Of a stretch of 64,000 nt of DNA, positions 48,771 through 58,581 are shown in pieces. The notes below the pieces were generated by a model. It was not told where the DNA came from, did not search any database, and was given only the letters and a program-made list of their open reading frames with translations. Location: the NCBI GenBank assembly GCA_965242865.1, contig CBDETK010000013.1:5536001-5600000 (forward strand). Reading direction: 5' to 3'. The translations under genes and the position numbers were made by a program. The DNA is from Candidatus Latescibacterota bacterium (GTDB taxonomy: Bacteria; Latescibacterota; UBA2968; UBA8231). Position 1 is the first letter of the stretch. Every line of letters begins with the position of its first letter.

Positions 48771-49398
48771 TAGCAATCCTACATCATTTAAGAGATACTG
48801 TATATTGCTGTAACTTAGGGAAATGGAAGTATTTTTTTCGCCGAATTCCCTTGACAAACAGGTCTTTGATCGGTTCAAAGCTTGTGGTCCACGAGGCATG
48901 GGTACGCACAAAAGTCTTCCCTTTTAACCAAATATCTTCGACCGGATTTTCTTGCGGTGTATAAGGGGCCAATCGCATACAGCATACCTTCCATTGCTCC
49001 GGTGGTCGGTTCGCTTGTATGGTTTCGAGAACGGTGCGCATGGCCTGTTGACGATGATAGGAAGCCCCATCCCAAAAAATCAATAACCGTTGACCGGGAC
49101 GACGCTGTTGTATAGAGCGTATAAAGTCCACCGTATGCTGCGAATTAGCCTGCGGATAGCTTTGCATGAGGAAGGTGCCTTTAATCACATCCAAAGCCCC
49201 ATAATAGGTTTGGCGTTGGCGTTCGTTTTCAATACATACCCTACGCCGTTGACCGCGTCGTCCCCAAGCATATCCACAAGCATCACCCCAGTGTAGGTGC
49301 GACTCGTCGACGAAAAAGGCACTGAGGTGCCCCCTTGGAGTGCCTCCTTATACACGGCTAGTTTTTTTTATCTCGGCTCGCCGTGCGATCCCCGGACG
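48771..49398 (-). mobile_element. 5'-truncated IS630-family element (DDE_3 transposase pseudogene)
   Basis: FVDESHL, WDGASYH, APYTPQENPVEDIW; A8 slippery run; extra frameshift in a G run; end TA|TAGCAATCCTACATCATT. Confidence 0.85.
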
Positions 49399-50241
49399 CT
49401 ATGTTAGATTTCGTACGTTCTCTTCTAAATCGTCCTCCGAGTCCTCATACCAAAAGTGAATCTTGAGGCCGAGTAGTTCGGCAGTCGAGTCGAGGAACTT
49501 CAAACGGGTGAGGAACCATTCTGTCCCAGCACCGCGTTCTGAGTTCTTGAAGTGATCGGCGGCCTCCAAGTGGCTATGAATTTTCTTTTCGACTTCCGCT
49601 ATGTCCATGCCGTTTGAGCCGACATATACCCGCAGCAAGTCGGGCGATTCGGGTAGTGCTGTGCTTCTTTTTTGTTGCTGGAAGTGCTTGATGGCGTCTT
49701 TTTCGGACATACCCACTTTCAAGTATGTCCGATCATCTGCTCCTTTTCTCTTAGCAGGCTCAACCGGTCGATTGAAGTAGTGGGGCAGCACGTACACGTA
49801 TATCCCCGGAATCATCTCTTTCTCGACAGCACTCGTTTGCCGCTCGAGTCTTCGTTCCTCCTTTTTCCATAGATCAGGATCATTTGCCTGATGCTCGCAG
49901 TTAGCTGCCCGCTTCTCAATCTCGTCGACGGTTTCAGGGGAGAGGGACGCCTCGTGGCGTTCTGCGAAACCTCGGAGGGTCGATGCGCACTGTCGAGCGA
50001 TTGACGGAGAACTTGGCACTTTACCCTCCTCAATTGCTTTTATGAAATGCCGATTGTTGTAGACAAATCCTGCTGTCCCAACATCTAGCTCTTTCGCGAT
50101 CTCGTTCGCATTCAGCCCCTTCTGATGGTGTGTCCATACATCGCCGAGCCGTGTTTCATCCTGACTAAGCGCATCTTTGACTTCTTCCAGATACTTATCT
50201 TTAGCACCGGTAGCTTCCTGCTGGGTCGATTCTTCGGCCAT
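49399..50241 (-). CDS. GIY-YIG/T5orf172-like nuclease-domain protein with an N-terminal HTH-like segment
   Basis: GIYVY...LKVGMS...E..IH..L...GTEWF; GLNANEIAKELDV. Confidence 0.75.
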   Translation of the reverse strand: MAEESTQQEATGAKDKYLEEVKDALSQDETRLGDVWTHHQKGLNANEIAKELDVGTAGFVYNNRHFIKAIEEGKVPSSPSIARQCASTLRGFAERHEASLSPETVDEIEKRAANCEHQANDPDLWKKEERRLERQTSAVEKEMIPGIYVYVLPHYFNRPVEPAKRKGADDRTYLKVGMSEKDAIKHFQQQKRSTALPESPDLLRVYVGSNGMDIAEVEKKIHSHLEAADHFKNSERGAGTEWFLTRLKFLDSTAELLGLKIHFWYEDSEDDLEENVRNLT

Positions 50242-50345
50242 GATGAACCTCCTCTTTGATTTGGTTGTTTTATTACGGCCTCTTTCCGTCGTAATATAGG
50301 CGCACAATAATAGACGCACAAGCGCGGCCCAGCCAATCGCGTCGC

Positions 50346-50755
50346 CTGCTTGACGCTCCCTTTTCACCGCCCTATACTAGCCGCTCGGTAATTCAGTAAA
50401 ATCAACTGCTTATCACCCAAGAGGAGCGGCTACAATGATTCATTTAGGGGCCAATTCAGTGCTCTTTGCCGGATTCGATTTGGAAACGGCGATGCGCCAT
50501 ATCCACCTCGCTGGCTACGATGGCGTCGAGCTGGCGGCGATCAAGGGCATGTGCGAGCACTTGGAGTTGGACAACTGGTCGGCGCAGGCCAGCCAAATCA
50601 AAGAGCTGGCGGAAAAATACGAGCTAAAATTGCTGGCGATGGAAGAGGCCGCGCTCGACGAAGAGCGCCTGATGCGGGCGTTTGCGGCGGGTGCTGAAAT
50701 CGGCATTCCCGTCGTCAACGTCGGCCCGGGGGGCAAAAGCGACGTGGAGGCAGAT
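50346..50755 (+). repeat. 410-bp direct repeat, copy 1 (promoter + 5' end of the isomerase gene)
   Basis: Matches 53739-54148 with 8 mismatches counted by eye. Confidence 0.92.
50435..50755 (+). pseudogene. Truncated duplicate of the sugar-phosphate isomerase gene
   Basis: First 107 aa identical to 53828..54628; then reads into antisense uvrA. Confidence 0.85.
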
Positions 50756-51025
50756 GGCCTCTTCCAAGCGGCGGTCTTCGCGCTGGCGGAGAATCAAGCG
50801 ATCTACCACGACTTCGATGGTGTGGCGGCACTGGCGTGCGTACGCCGACAGCGAGGTGACGTAGCGGTGCTGCCCTTCGGCGTACAGGGTGTCAAAGGCC
50901 AGCGAGGACTTGCCCGAGCCGGAGACGCCGGTGAAGCAGATCAGTTTGTTTTTAGGGAGGGTGAGCTGGACGTTTTTGAGGTTGTGGACGCGGGCACCGC
51001 GGACGACGATATCTTGGGTTTCCAT
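50756..51025 (-). pseudogene. uvrA: uvrA fragment with internal deletion
   Basis: [10 protein letters not shown]...[32 protein letters not shown] joined to [10 protein letters not shown]. Confidence 0.85.
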
Positions 51026-51174
51026 GGCTTCGTGTAGCGCGAGGGGCGGGGAACGAAAACAAAGAATATACTATACGAATGTGCAGCGGGCAAGCGGTGG
51101 GATGCGGATAGACGGCTTTGATCTAAAGGTAGTGCTGTGTATCAGACACTAGGGGCTGAGTGTCTTAGACCGCA

Positions 51175-52419
51175 CTATCCGCTACTGGCACCCTTCTTGA
51201 TCCCCCGCACGTCAGCGATAAAGTCTTCCAAAGTGTTGAGATGCGGCCGGACAGAAGCCGGAAATTTATCGGCCAGACGAGTCGGAATGACCAGTTGCAC
51301 TCCAGCGTCTCTCATCTCCCGAAACTGCCCTTCCGAAATCCCTTCTTGCAGGGTCAAAAGGTGCTTGCGCTGTATGCGATCAGCTTCGTTGAGAATCTGA
51401 CGCCAACGGTCTTTGCAAGTGGTCTTGACCGCGAGCATTCGCAGCCGTGATTCCGGGAATGCCCTATCTTTGTAGGTTTCCGCCGAAGGAAATAGAAAGT
51501 CGGGACGGCGGCCCGGTTCGGCTTCTTGCTGATACGCAAAATCGCGATTTTCGCGCAGCCCTTCCTCCATGAAGATCGTTCGTACATGAAGCTCAAGCGA
51601 CCGTCCCGAACGCGACTTACGGCGTTGGAGGATAGTCTGCGCCCGGGCGGTGAATTCATCCATACTGTCAAACCCTTCCCTAACTGCCGGAAGTTCCACC
51701 GCTTCCTCAACGCTGCGGAACAACTCGAACTCACAGCCCCGACGGCGTAGCAACCGGTCATCAGGACTGACGGATAAGTCTGGCCGCAACTCGACAGTCT
51801 TATCAATGAGTTCCATTCCAGTCGGAAATGTTTTCAGCCACTCTGGGGGAATTTCGCTAGGATTCAGCCAGCAACTCGCTGGCGTTTCCGCGGTAAATTT
51901 GAAGAGGTTTAGATGGGCTGAATAATGTGGCGGCCAGATCGTCCACTTGCCGGGTTCTACGGGGCCAATGCGATCTTCAACTAATTCTTCTTCGGTTTCG
52001 CAGCGACAGACCCACACATAGCACTCCATCGCCGTGCCTTGCTCATCCAAGGAGAACGCGAATATGCTCAACGCGCCCGTGTTACTTGGATTGAGCAGTG
52101 CCGATTGGGAACCGCCGAAATTAGTTAGGCGAGTCTCATTGCGCGTACCATTATGGAATTTGTTGTTGTACCAAATAGCCCGGACACATCGGTGAGCAGC
52201 ATGCGAATCAATACAGAGGTCGAACCAAACATCCGGGTTTCGGGTTTCCGGTCTATTAAGTTGAGGAAACATACCAAACAGAAAACCCTTTGGAATGTAT
52301 GGACCGGCTTGATGAGTTCCGTTGGCTAGAGTGTCGTTTCCCGACAGGCGTTTTGCATACCAGATGGAGTTGGGATTAGAATGCTTGTCGAGCCAATTTC
52401 TCAGATCAGTCGGGGCCAT
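51175..52419 (-). CDS. EcoRII-like type II restriction endonuclease (effector N-domain + catalytic C-domain)
   Basis: KRLSGNDT...HQAG.Y, YNNK...TRNE.R.T, RRKSRSG.SLE.H, PDFLFP, KTTCKDRWRQILNEA. Confidence 0.9.
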   Translation of the reverse strand: MAPTDLRNWLDKHSNPNSIWYAKRLSGNDTLANGTHQAGPYIPKGFLFGMFPQLNRPETRNPDVWFDLCIDSHAAHRCVRAIWYNNKFHNGTRNETRLTNFGGSQSALLNPSNTGALSIFAFSLDEQGTAMECYVWVCRCETEEELVEDRIGPVEPGKWTIWPPHYSAHLNLFKFTAETPASCWLNPSEIPPEWLKTFPTGMELIDKTVELRPDLSVSPDDRLLRRRGCEFELFRSVEEAVELPAVREGFDSMDEFTARAQTILQRRKSRSGRSLELHVRTIFMEEGLRENRDFAYQQEAEPGRRPDFLFPSAETYKDRAFPESRLRMLAVKTTCKDRWRQILNEADRIQRKHLLTLQEGISEGQFREMRDAGVQLVIPTRLADKFPASVRPHLNTLEDFIADVRGIKKGASSG

Positions 52420-52460
52420 TTTACCTTGCCGTATCCCGCCATATCGTTGCTCAACCGCCC

Positions 52461-53615
52461 TTACCCAAAGAGAGGCAACCGCATTGGGCGCAACGCCCTG
52501 TCGCCATCTTCTTCGATGCCTAGCCAAGGCGCAATGAAACGCGCTAGGGCCTCGACGCATGGGATGGCTACCGCATTTCCGAATTGCTTATAGGCTTGCG
52601 TATCGGAAACCGGGATCACAAATCGGCTTTCGCGTGGCTTGTCAAAACCCATGAGCCTCGCACATTCCCGCGGCGTCAAGCGACGCGGGTTTTGCCGCTC
52701 GCGTTTCACGAGAATTTCGGAGCCATCCTTATAGTAGCGGGCCGAGAGGGTGCGCGCTCTATCTTCTGGGCCAACAAGCCCGAAACCGAAACCATTGCCG
52801 GCCGCCCGGTGCTTTTCAGCATACCGCTGAAGATAGCTCCACAGGTGGTTGGAGAGCGTGTACTTGTCGGAGACCTTTGCTTTTGGTCCTAGCGTGTATG
52901 GACTTTCAGCGGGTTCGCTGCCGTCTTCAGGGTGTAGAACCGCCTTGAGCCGTGGTCCCTTGAGCGGGTCGGGAACAACAAAATCGTTAAAAGAAAACAG
53001 GTTGGGATCGCGGAAGCCGACAATGAAAATCCGCTCGCGGTGTTGTGGAACCCACGAACGGGCATCCACGACCTTTGAGTGAACCTGATATCCCAACTCA
53101 TCGGTTAGTGCCCGGTGGATTACGCGAAATGTTCGGCCCTTATCGTGATTGACTAGATTTTTGACGTTTTCGAGAAAAAAAGCATGGGGCCGATGAGCCT
53201 CAATGATCCGCGCCACATCAAAAAAAAGTGTTCCCTGTGCTTCGCAACGGAACCCGTGCGGCTGCTTGAGCGCATTTTTCTTTGACACGCCCGCGATCGA
53301 AAATGGCTGGCACGGGAAACCCGCCAGCAACAGGTCATGTGGCGGAATTTTATCTATTGGGACCTGTGTAATGTCCCCAGCAATCTCGTGATCGCAGTCG
53401 TAGTTGGCTTGGTAGGTGCGTTGGGCGTACTTGTTCCACTCACTGGTGAATACGCACTTTCCGCCCAACGGCTCAAAGCCGCGGCGCATCCCGCCAATAC
53501 CAGCGAACAAGTCGATGAATCTAAAGGCCGGATGGCTTGGAGTTCTCGACTCAATCGACAAGGCGGTCTGCTCTTTTTGCGGTTTGCCAGCGGATTTATT
53601 CTCAATAGGCGGCAT
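52461..53615 (-). CDS. dcm: Dcm/M.EcoRII-type DNA cytosine-5 methyltransferase (start uncertain)
   Basis: [61 protein letters not shown]. Confidence 0.92.
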   Translation of the reverse strand: MPPIENKSAGKPQKEQTALSIESRTPSHPAFRFIDLFAGIGGMRRGFEPLGGKCVFTSEWNKYAQRTYQANYDCDHEIAGDITQVPIDKIPPHDLLLAGFPCQPFSIAGVSKKNALKQPHGFRCEAQGTLFFDVARIIEAHRPHAFFLENVKNLVNHDKGRTFRVIHRALTDELGYQVHSKVVDARSWVPQHRERIFIVGFRDPNLFSFNDFVVPDPLKGPRLKAVLHPEDGSEPAESPYTLGPKAKVSDKYTLSNHLWSYLQRYAEKHRAAGNGFGFGLVGPEDRARTLSARYYKDGSEILVKRERQNPRRLTPRECARLMGFDKPRESRFVIPVSDTQAYKQFGNAVAIPCVEALARFIAPWLGIEEDGDRALRPMRLPLFG

Positions 53616-53742
53616 GATAATGGGAAACCTTTCTGGATTGCTTTCCGTGCCCGTCTTAGCGGCGGCGGAATGGAGGGAACCGGCCACATTCAATTAAATA
53701 GACCAACCGCCAAACCCCGTCAAGCACGCTCCCGGCATCTGC

Positions 53743-53771
53743 TTGACGCTCCCTTTTCACCGCCCTATACT
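53743..53771 (+). promoter_or_regulatory. Sigma70-type promoter TTGACG-N17-TATACT (also at 50350-50378)
   Basis: ttgacg ctcccttttcaccgccc tatact; GAGGAG RBS downstream. Confidence 0.75.
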
Positions 53772-53827
53772 AGCCGCTCGGTAATTCGGTAAAATCAACT
53801 GCTTATCACCCAAGAGGAGCGGCTACA

Positions 53828-54628
53828 ATGATTCATTTAGGGGCCAATTCAGTGCTCTTTGCCGGATTCGATTTGGAAACGGCGATGCGCCATATCCACC
53901 TCGCTGGCTACGACGGCGTCGAGCTAGCGGCGATCAAGGGCATGTGCGAGCACTTGGAGTTGGACAACTGGTCGGCGCAGGCCAGCCAAATCAAGGAACT
54001 GGCAGAAAAATACGAGCTAAAATTGCTGGCGATGGAAGAGGCCGCGCTCGACGAAGAGCGCCTAATGCGGGCGTTTGCGGCGGGTGCTGAAATCGGCATT
54101 CCCGTCGTCAACGTCGGCCCAGGGGGCAAAAGCGACGTGGAGGCAGATTTCGACCAGCAGGTCGCGCTGTTGGGCAAAATGGCCGATAGGGCGCACGACC
54201 ACGGCGTAACGCTGTGCGTCAAGGCGCACGTGGGGCAGTGCATCTACGACACGCCGACCACGTTGCGGGCGCTGGAGCGCATTGACTCGCCGGGGTTTGG
54301 CGTGGATATGGATCCGAGCCACATCCATCGGGCGGGGGAGAATACCGTAGAGGCACTGGCGGCGGTTATTGCGCGGGTCAAGCACGTGCATATCCGGGAT
54401 TGCGCGGTGGCAGCCGGCGGGCCGGGCGAACCGGAGTCGCAAGCGTGTGGGCGGGGCGACATCGACTTGTTCGGGTACGTCAGGGTGCTGCACGAATCCG
54501 GCCTAGATGTGGCGGCCAACTTGGAAGTGATCGGCGCCAGAGCATACGACTTGGGGCAGGTGGCGACGATTGCGGCCGAGAGCCGAGGGTATTTGAACGC
54601 CTGCTTGCGAGCGTGCGGTGCCCGTTAA
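53828..54628 (+). CDS. Sugar-phosphate isomerase/epimerase (AP_endonuc_2 TIM barrel)
   Basis: AGYDGVEL, DMDPSH, HVHIRD, G.GDID, LE. Confidence 0.85.
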   Translation: MIHLGANSVLFAGFDLETAMRHIHLAGYDGVELAAIKGMCEHLELDNWSAQASQIKELAEKYELKLLAMEEAALDEERLMRAFAAGAEIGIPVVNVGPGGKSDVEADFDQQVALLGKMADRAHDHGVTLCVKAHVGQCIYDTPTTLRALERIDSPGFGVDMDPSHIHRAGENTVEALAAVIARVKHVHIRDCAVAAGGPGEPESQACGRGDIDLFGYVRVLHESGLDVAANLEVIGARAYDLGQVATIAAESRGYLNACLRACGAR

Positions 54629-55166
54629 ACGCGCCTTTGTCGCCATCCGGCTGCCAGCGGCCTTGGGCACGTTGAGCGACGCGATGCGACCGTGGTGGCC
54701 AGCGCAGGGCGTGGCTTGGGTGCGGCCGGAAAACCTCCATCTGACGTTGCGCTTTCTCGGCGCGGCTGAGGACGCGCAAATCGCTGCGCTGCGGAAAGGG
54801 CTGACCGCGGTTGCCGCCCGGCACGAAGGGTTTGTCGCGTCTATTGAGCAAAGCGGCTGTTTCCCCAATCGCGGCCGACCGAAGGTTATTTGGGCTGGCG
54901 TGGGGGACGCGGCCGGCCGGTTGGGCGCGTTGCAACGGGATGTTGAAGCGGCGGTATGCGCCGCGGGTTGGGCGCGGGAGGAACGGGACTTTCGCCCGCA
55001 CGTGACGCTCGGCCGGGTGCGGCCCGGGGGACGCCCGCCAAGCAGCAAGTGGAGCGGCGACCTGCCGCGATTGCCGGTTCCAGTCGAGGCGGTGGAGTTG
55101 CTCGAAAGCATCCTCGAGCCGACCGGGGCGGTGTACCGGCCTCTGCACCGAGCGGTGCTATTATAA
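54618..55166 (+). CDS. thpR: RNA 2',3'-cyclic phosphodiesterase
   Basis: RAFVAI, ENLHLTLRFLG, FRPHVTLGR (two HxT motifs). Confidence 0.9.
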   Translation: MPVKRAFVAIRLPAALGTLSDAMRPWWPAQGVAWVRPENLHLTLRFLGAAEDAQIAALRKGLTAVAARHEGFVASIEQSGCFPNRGRPKVIWAGVGDAAGRLGALQRDVEAAVCAAGWAREERDFRPHVTLGRVRPGGRPPSSKWSGDLPRLPVPVEAVELLESILEPTGAVYRPLHRAVLL

Positions 55167-55927
55167 TGCCCGGCCGACCCTACATCCTCGCCGAGACCAA
55201 TTGGCAGACCGTAGCGCAAACCCCGTACGAGGTGGCGATCCTGCCGTGGGGGGCTACGGAAGCCCACAATTACCACCTGCCCTATTCGACCGACGTGGTG
55301 CAGTGCGACGAAATCGCGGCGGCCGCGGCCGGCATCGCTTGGGAGCAGGCCGCTCAGGTCATCGTCTTGCCGACCGTGCCCTTTGGCGTCAACACCGGCC
55401 AACTCGACATCAAGCTGGACCTCAACCTCAATCCCTCGACCCAACTCGCGGTACTGCAAGATTTGGTCGAGGCACTCGCCCATCAGGGCATCCCCAAACT
55501 GCTCATTGTAAACGGCCACGGCGGCAACGATTTCAAGCAGATGGTGCGGGAGTTGTTGCCGCGCTATGCGGTTTTTATTTGCTGCATGGATTGGTATCGC
55601 ATCGTCGATACCGGGCTTTTTGCGGCCGGCGGCGACCACGCCAACGAAATGGAAACCAGCCTCATGCAGTACTTGCGACCGGATTGGGTGCGGCCCCTGT
55701 CCGAGGCGGGTAGCGGCCGCGAGCACAAGTTCAAGATCGCCGCGCTGCGGGAAGGCTGGGTCTGGACCCAGCGCGATTGGACGCAGGCGACCGACGACAC
55801 CGGCATCGGCGACCCGCGCCAAGCCACCCCGGAAAAGGGCCGCCGCTGCTTGGAGCAAGTAGCCGCCCAACTCGCTGCGTTTTTGGTCGAGCTCGCCGCG
55901 GCCGACCTAACCGACCTCTACGAATAG
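55166..55927 (+). CDS. Creatininase family protein
   Basis: LPWGATEAHNYHLPYSTD, NGHGGN, HANEMETS. Confidence 0.9.
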   Translation: MPGRPYILAETNWQTVAQTPYEVAILPWGATEAHNYHLPYSTDVVQCDEIAAAAAGIAWEQAAQVIVLPTVPFGVNTGQLDIKLDLNLNPSTQLAVLQDLVEALAHQGIPKLLIVNGHGGNDFKQMVRELLPRYAVFICCMDWYRIVDTGLFAAGGDHANEMETSLMQYLRPDWVRPLSEAGSGREHKFKIAALREGWVWTQRDWTQATDDTGIGDPRQATPEKGRRCLEQVAAQLAAFLVELAAADLTDLYE

Positions 55928-55931
55928 GGCC

Positions 55932-57008
55932 GTGCAGTTCTACGCATTCGTCGCCCCTGGGCTAGAGCCAATCGCCCAACGAGAAATCGCAGCGCGGTTG
56001 GGGGGCCAGCGGCAGGGCCAGCAGCGCGGCGTGGTGTTCTTTGACACGGACGCTCCGCCGCCGGATTTGCTCGCCCTGGGAACGACCGAGGATGTATTCG
56101 CGCTGGTGGCGCGCGGTCCGGTGGCCGCGGTGCGCGAGGGTTTGGCGCAGGCCGGCACCCTCGTCGCTGAGTCGCCGCTCTTTGCCGAGGCTGTGGCCGC
56201 GCATCGCCGCGCTCGCCCCAAGCGGATCAAGCGCATCACCTACCGAATTGTGGCCCAGCGTCGCGGCGGGCAGCAGCGCTATGCGCGTCAAGAGATGCGC
56301 CGCGCCTTGCAGCAAGCCGTAGCGTGGCGTTTCCCGCGCTGGAAAGACCGGGCCGAACACGCCCTGTTGGAGGTGTGGGGCTTGGAGGCCGGCGGCGAGC
56401 TGCTGTGCGGGGTGCGCCTTTCCGACGAGACCATGCGCCACCGCACCTACAAGGTCGCGCACGTGGAGGCTTCGCTGCGGCCCACAGTGGCGCGGGCCTT
56501 AGTGCTGCTATCCGAGCCAGCCGACGGCGACGTCTTTCTCGATCCCATGTGCGGAGCGGGGACCATCCTCATCGAGCGGGGGTTGTGCGGCCGCTACGCC
56601 CAACTCTTGGGCGGCGACCTATCCCCGACCGCGGTCGCGGCCACTCGCACGAACATCGGCCGGCGCTACCAGCCGATCGCCATCCGCCAATGGGATGCGC
56701 GAAATTTGCCCTTGGGCGCCGGCAGCGTCGATCGGGTGGTGTGCAACTTGCCCTTTGGCAAAAAGATCGGCGAGCCGCACGCGCTGCGGCCGCTCTACGA
56801 GGGGTTTGCCCGCGAGGTGGCGAGGGTGCTAAAGCCCGGGGGCGTGGCCGTGTGCCTGACCAGCGAGCGCACGTTGCTGGCCGAAGCATTTGGCGCGTGG
56901 CCGGCACTGTATCTGGAGCGCGTGTGCCCGGTCGAGGTGCTGGGGCAGCGGGCGTTTTGTTGTAAATTGAAGAAATCTCATCAAACCAAAGGAGATTGTC
57001 ATGGCTGA
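55932..57008 (+). CDS. THUMP-domain RNA methyltransferase (UPF0020/Trm14-like)
   Basis: PGLE, ASLRPTVA, DPMCGAGTILIE, NLPFG. Confidence 0.8.
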   Translation: MQFYAFVAPGLEPIAQREIAARLGGQRQGQQRGVVFFDTDAPPPDLLALGTTEDVFALVARGPVAAVREGLAQAGTLVAESPLFAEAVAAHRRARPKRIKRITYRIVAQRRGGQQRYARQEMRRALQQAVAWRFPRWKDRAEHALLEVWGLEAGGELLCGVRLSDETMRHRTYKVAHVEASLRPTVARALVLLSEPADGDVFLDPMCGAGTILIERGLCGRYAQLLGGDLSPTAVAATRTNIGRRYQPIAIRQWDARNLPLGAGSVDRVVCNLPFGKKIGEPHALRPLYEGFAREVARVLKPGGVAVCLTSERTLLAEAFGAWPALYLERVCPVEVLGQRAFCCKLKKSHQTKGDCHG

Positions 57009-57789
57009 TTTTACGGGCCGAGTAGTAATCGTAACCGGCGGCGCCAAGGGCATTGGCGCGGGGATTTCGCGGGCGTTTGCCGGCGAGGGAGCGCAGGTCG
57101 CGGCGTTGGACATCAACGCGGAGGCCGGCGCGGCGTTGGCCGAGGAAGAGGGCCAGATCCGCTTTTTTGCGGCCGACGTTTCAAACGACGAGGTGTGCGC
57201 CCAGACCGTGCGGCAGATCATCGACGATTGGGGCCGCATCGACGTGTTGTGCAACAACGTCGGCATCCAGCCCGTGCCCAGCTATTTGCCGGCGCACGAG
57301 TTGCCGGTGGAAATGTGGGACCGGATCATCGACGTCAACCTGAAGAGCTTTTTCCTGATGGCGCGGCATTGCCTGCCGCAGATGATGGAGCAGCGCAAGG
57401 GCGTCATCATCAACACGGCCAGCGTCCAAGGTTTGCAGTCGGCTTCGATGGTTTCGGCGTATGCCGCCAGCAAGGGCGGGATCATCTCCCTGACTCGGCA
57501 ACTCGCGCTCGACTACGCCCAGTACGGGGTGCGGGTTTTAGCGGTCAATCCGGGGGGCATCCAGACGCCGTTGGTCGATGAGGTTATCGAGGCATTCGGC
57601 CACGAGCGCGAGCAGTTCTTTGAGGACTACGCCAAAATTCATCCGCTCGGTCGCTACGGCCAGCCGGCGGACATCGCCAACGCCGTGCTGTTTTTGGCCA
57701 GCGACAAGGCAGCGTTTATGACCGGCGAGAACGTCTGCGTTGACGGCGGGTTGATGGCTAAGGGCGCGTGGGCCGAGGTTGAGGAGTGA
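57001..57789 (+). CDS. SDR-family oxidoreductase
   Basis: TGGAKGIG, NNVG, YAASK. Confidence 0.92.
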   Translation: MADFTGRVVIVTGGAKGIGAGISRAFAGEGAQVAALDINAEAGAALAEEEGQIRFFAADVSNDEVCAQTVRQIIDDWGRIDVLCNNVGIQPVPSYLPAHELPVEMWDRIIDVNLKSFFLMARHCLPQMMEQRKGVIINTASVQGLQSASMVSAYAASKGGIISLTRQLALDYAQYGVRVLAVNPGGIQTPLVDEVIEAFGHEREQFFEDYAKIHPLGRYGQPADIANAVLFLASDKAAFMTGENVCVDGGLMAKGAWAEVEE

Positions 57790-57802
57790 GAAAGCGGGGC
57801 CG

Positions 57803-58132
57803 CTAGACTGCGACGACCCGCTGGCGTCCCTTTGCGTCTTTGGCTGGCGTAATGCGAATCTCGACATTGCGATTGAGCCGATTGAGCAATGCAAACAGCC
57901 GTTCCACGCTGAAACGGTCGAAATCCCCGTTCTTCAGCCGCGACACATCCGCCTGATCCACGCCGAGGAGTTTTCCAGCCTCTGCTTGCGTCAGTTTCCG
58001 TGCCGCGAGAATGCGGTAGATCTCAACGGCGAGATCGGCTTTCAATAACGCGCGTTCCGCTTCTGTGTCGGGAAATCCAATGTCCTTAAACACGTTCCCA
58101 GTACTTCGCTCAAACCGGATGTTTTCACTCAT
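57803..58132 (-). CDS. HigA-like HTH (XRE/HTH_37) antitoxin
   Basis: STGNVF.D.GF; LTQAEAG..LGVDQ..VS.L..G...FS.ERL. Confidence 0.85.
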   Translation of the reverse strand: MSENIRFERSTGNVFKDIGFPDTEAERALLKADLAVEIYRILAARKLTQAEAGKLLGVDQADVSRLKNGDFDRFSVERLFALLNRLNRNVEIRITPAKDAKGRQRVVAV

Positions 58133-58499
58133 TTTCTGCCTCCAGCATTCGTGCCCTGTTCAACCGTTGTCGAATCAAGTCAATTTCCTTTTTCGGAGTT
58201 CTGCTGCCACGAGTGGACTTCTTCTGGAATGCGTGAAGCACATAGATGGTCTCGCTAATTCTAACGGCATATACGGCGCGATAGGTGTCCGTGTCGTAAC
58301 GGGCGACAATCTCCAACACGCCCGAATCGATCCCACGCAATGGTTTTGCCTTTGGATGTTTCTCTCCCTGCTGAGCAAAACGCAGAGCTTCACCGATGAG
58401 TCTCCGCGTAGCTTGGGGAAAGCTCCGAACTTGTTCACGAGAATTCCCAATCCATGTTACGTCTCTCACGGCTGCATTCAAAATGCCGCCTTTCTCCAT
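58125..58499 (-). CDS. RelE/HigB (Gp49-like) toxin
   Basis: KPLRG...GVLEI...TYRAVY...IYVLHAFQKKS. Confidence 0.85.
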   Translation of the reverse strand: MEKGGILNAAVRDVTWIGNSREQVRSFPQATRRLIGEALRFAQQGEKHPKAKPLRGIDSGVLEIVARYDTDTYRAVYAVRISETIYVLHAFQKKSTRGSRTPKKEIDLIRQRLNRARMLEAENE

Positions 58500-58581
58500 T
58501 TATGGTAAACTCACCATACTTAATAATTCATAATTTTGACCGATTGCGGCGACCAAGTCAACGCTTTTTCAGCTTAGAGGA

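Noticed and set aside
50435-51037. 200-aa ORF as a novel protein
   Set aside because: Chimera of the truncated isomerase and antisense uvrA sequence.
51064-51076. gaatatactatac shared with the promoters at 2341 and 5310
   Set aside because: Only 13 bp of AT-rich -10-like sequence with no flanking homology; probably coincidence.
54503-55870. Long antisense/shadow ORFs (also 2393-3187, 24525-25439, 59662-60741 and many others)
   Set aside because: They overlap well-supported genes and are expected by chance in GC-rich DNA.
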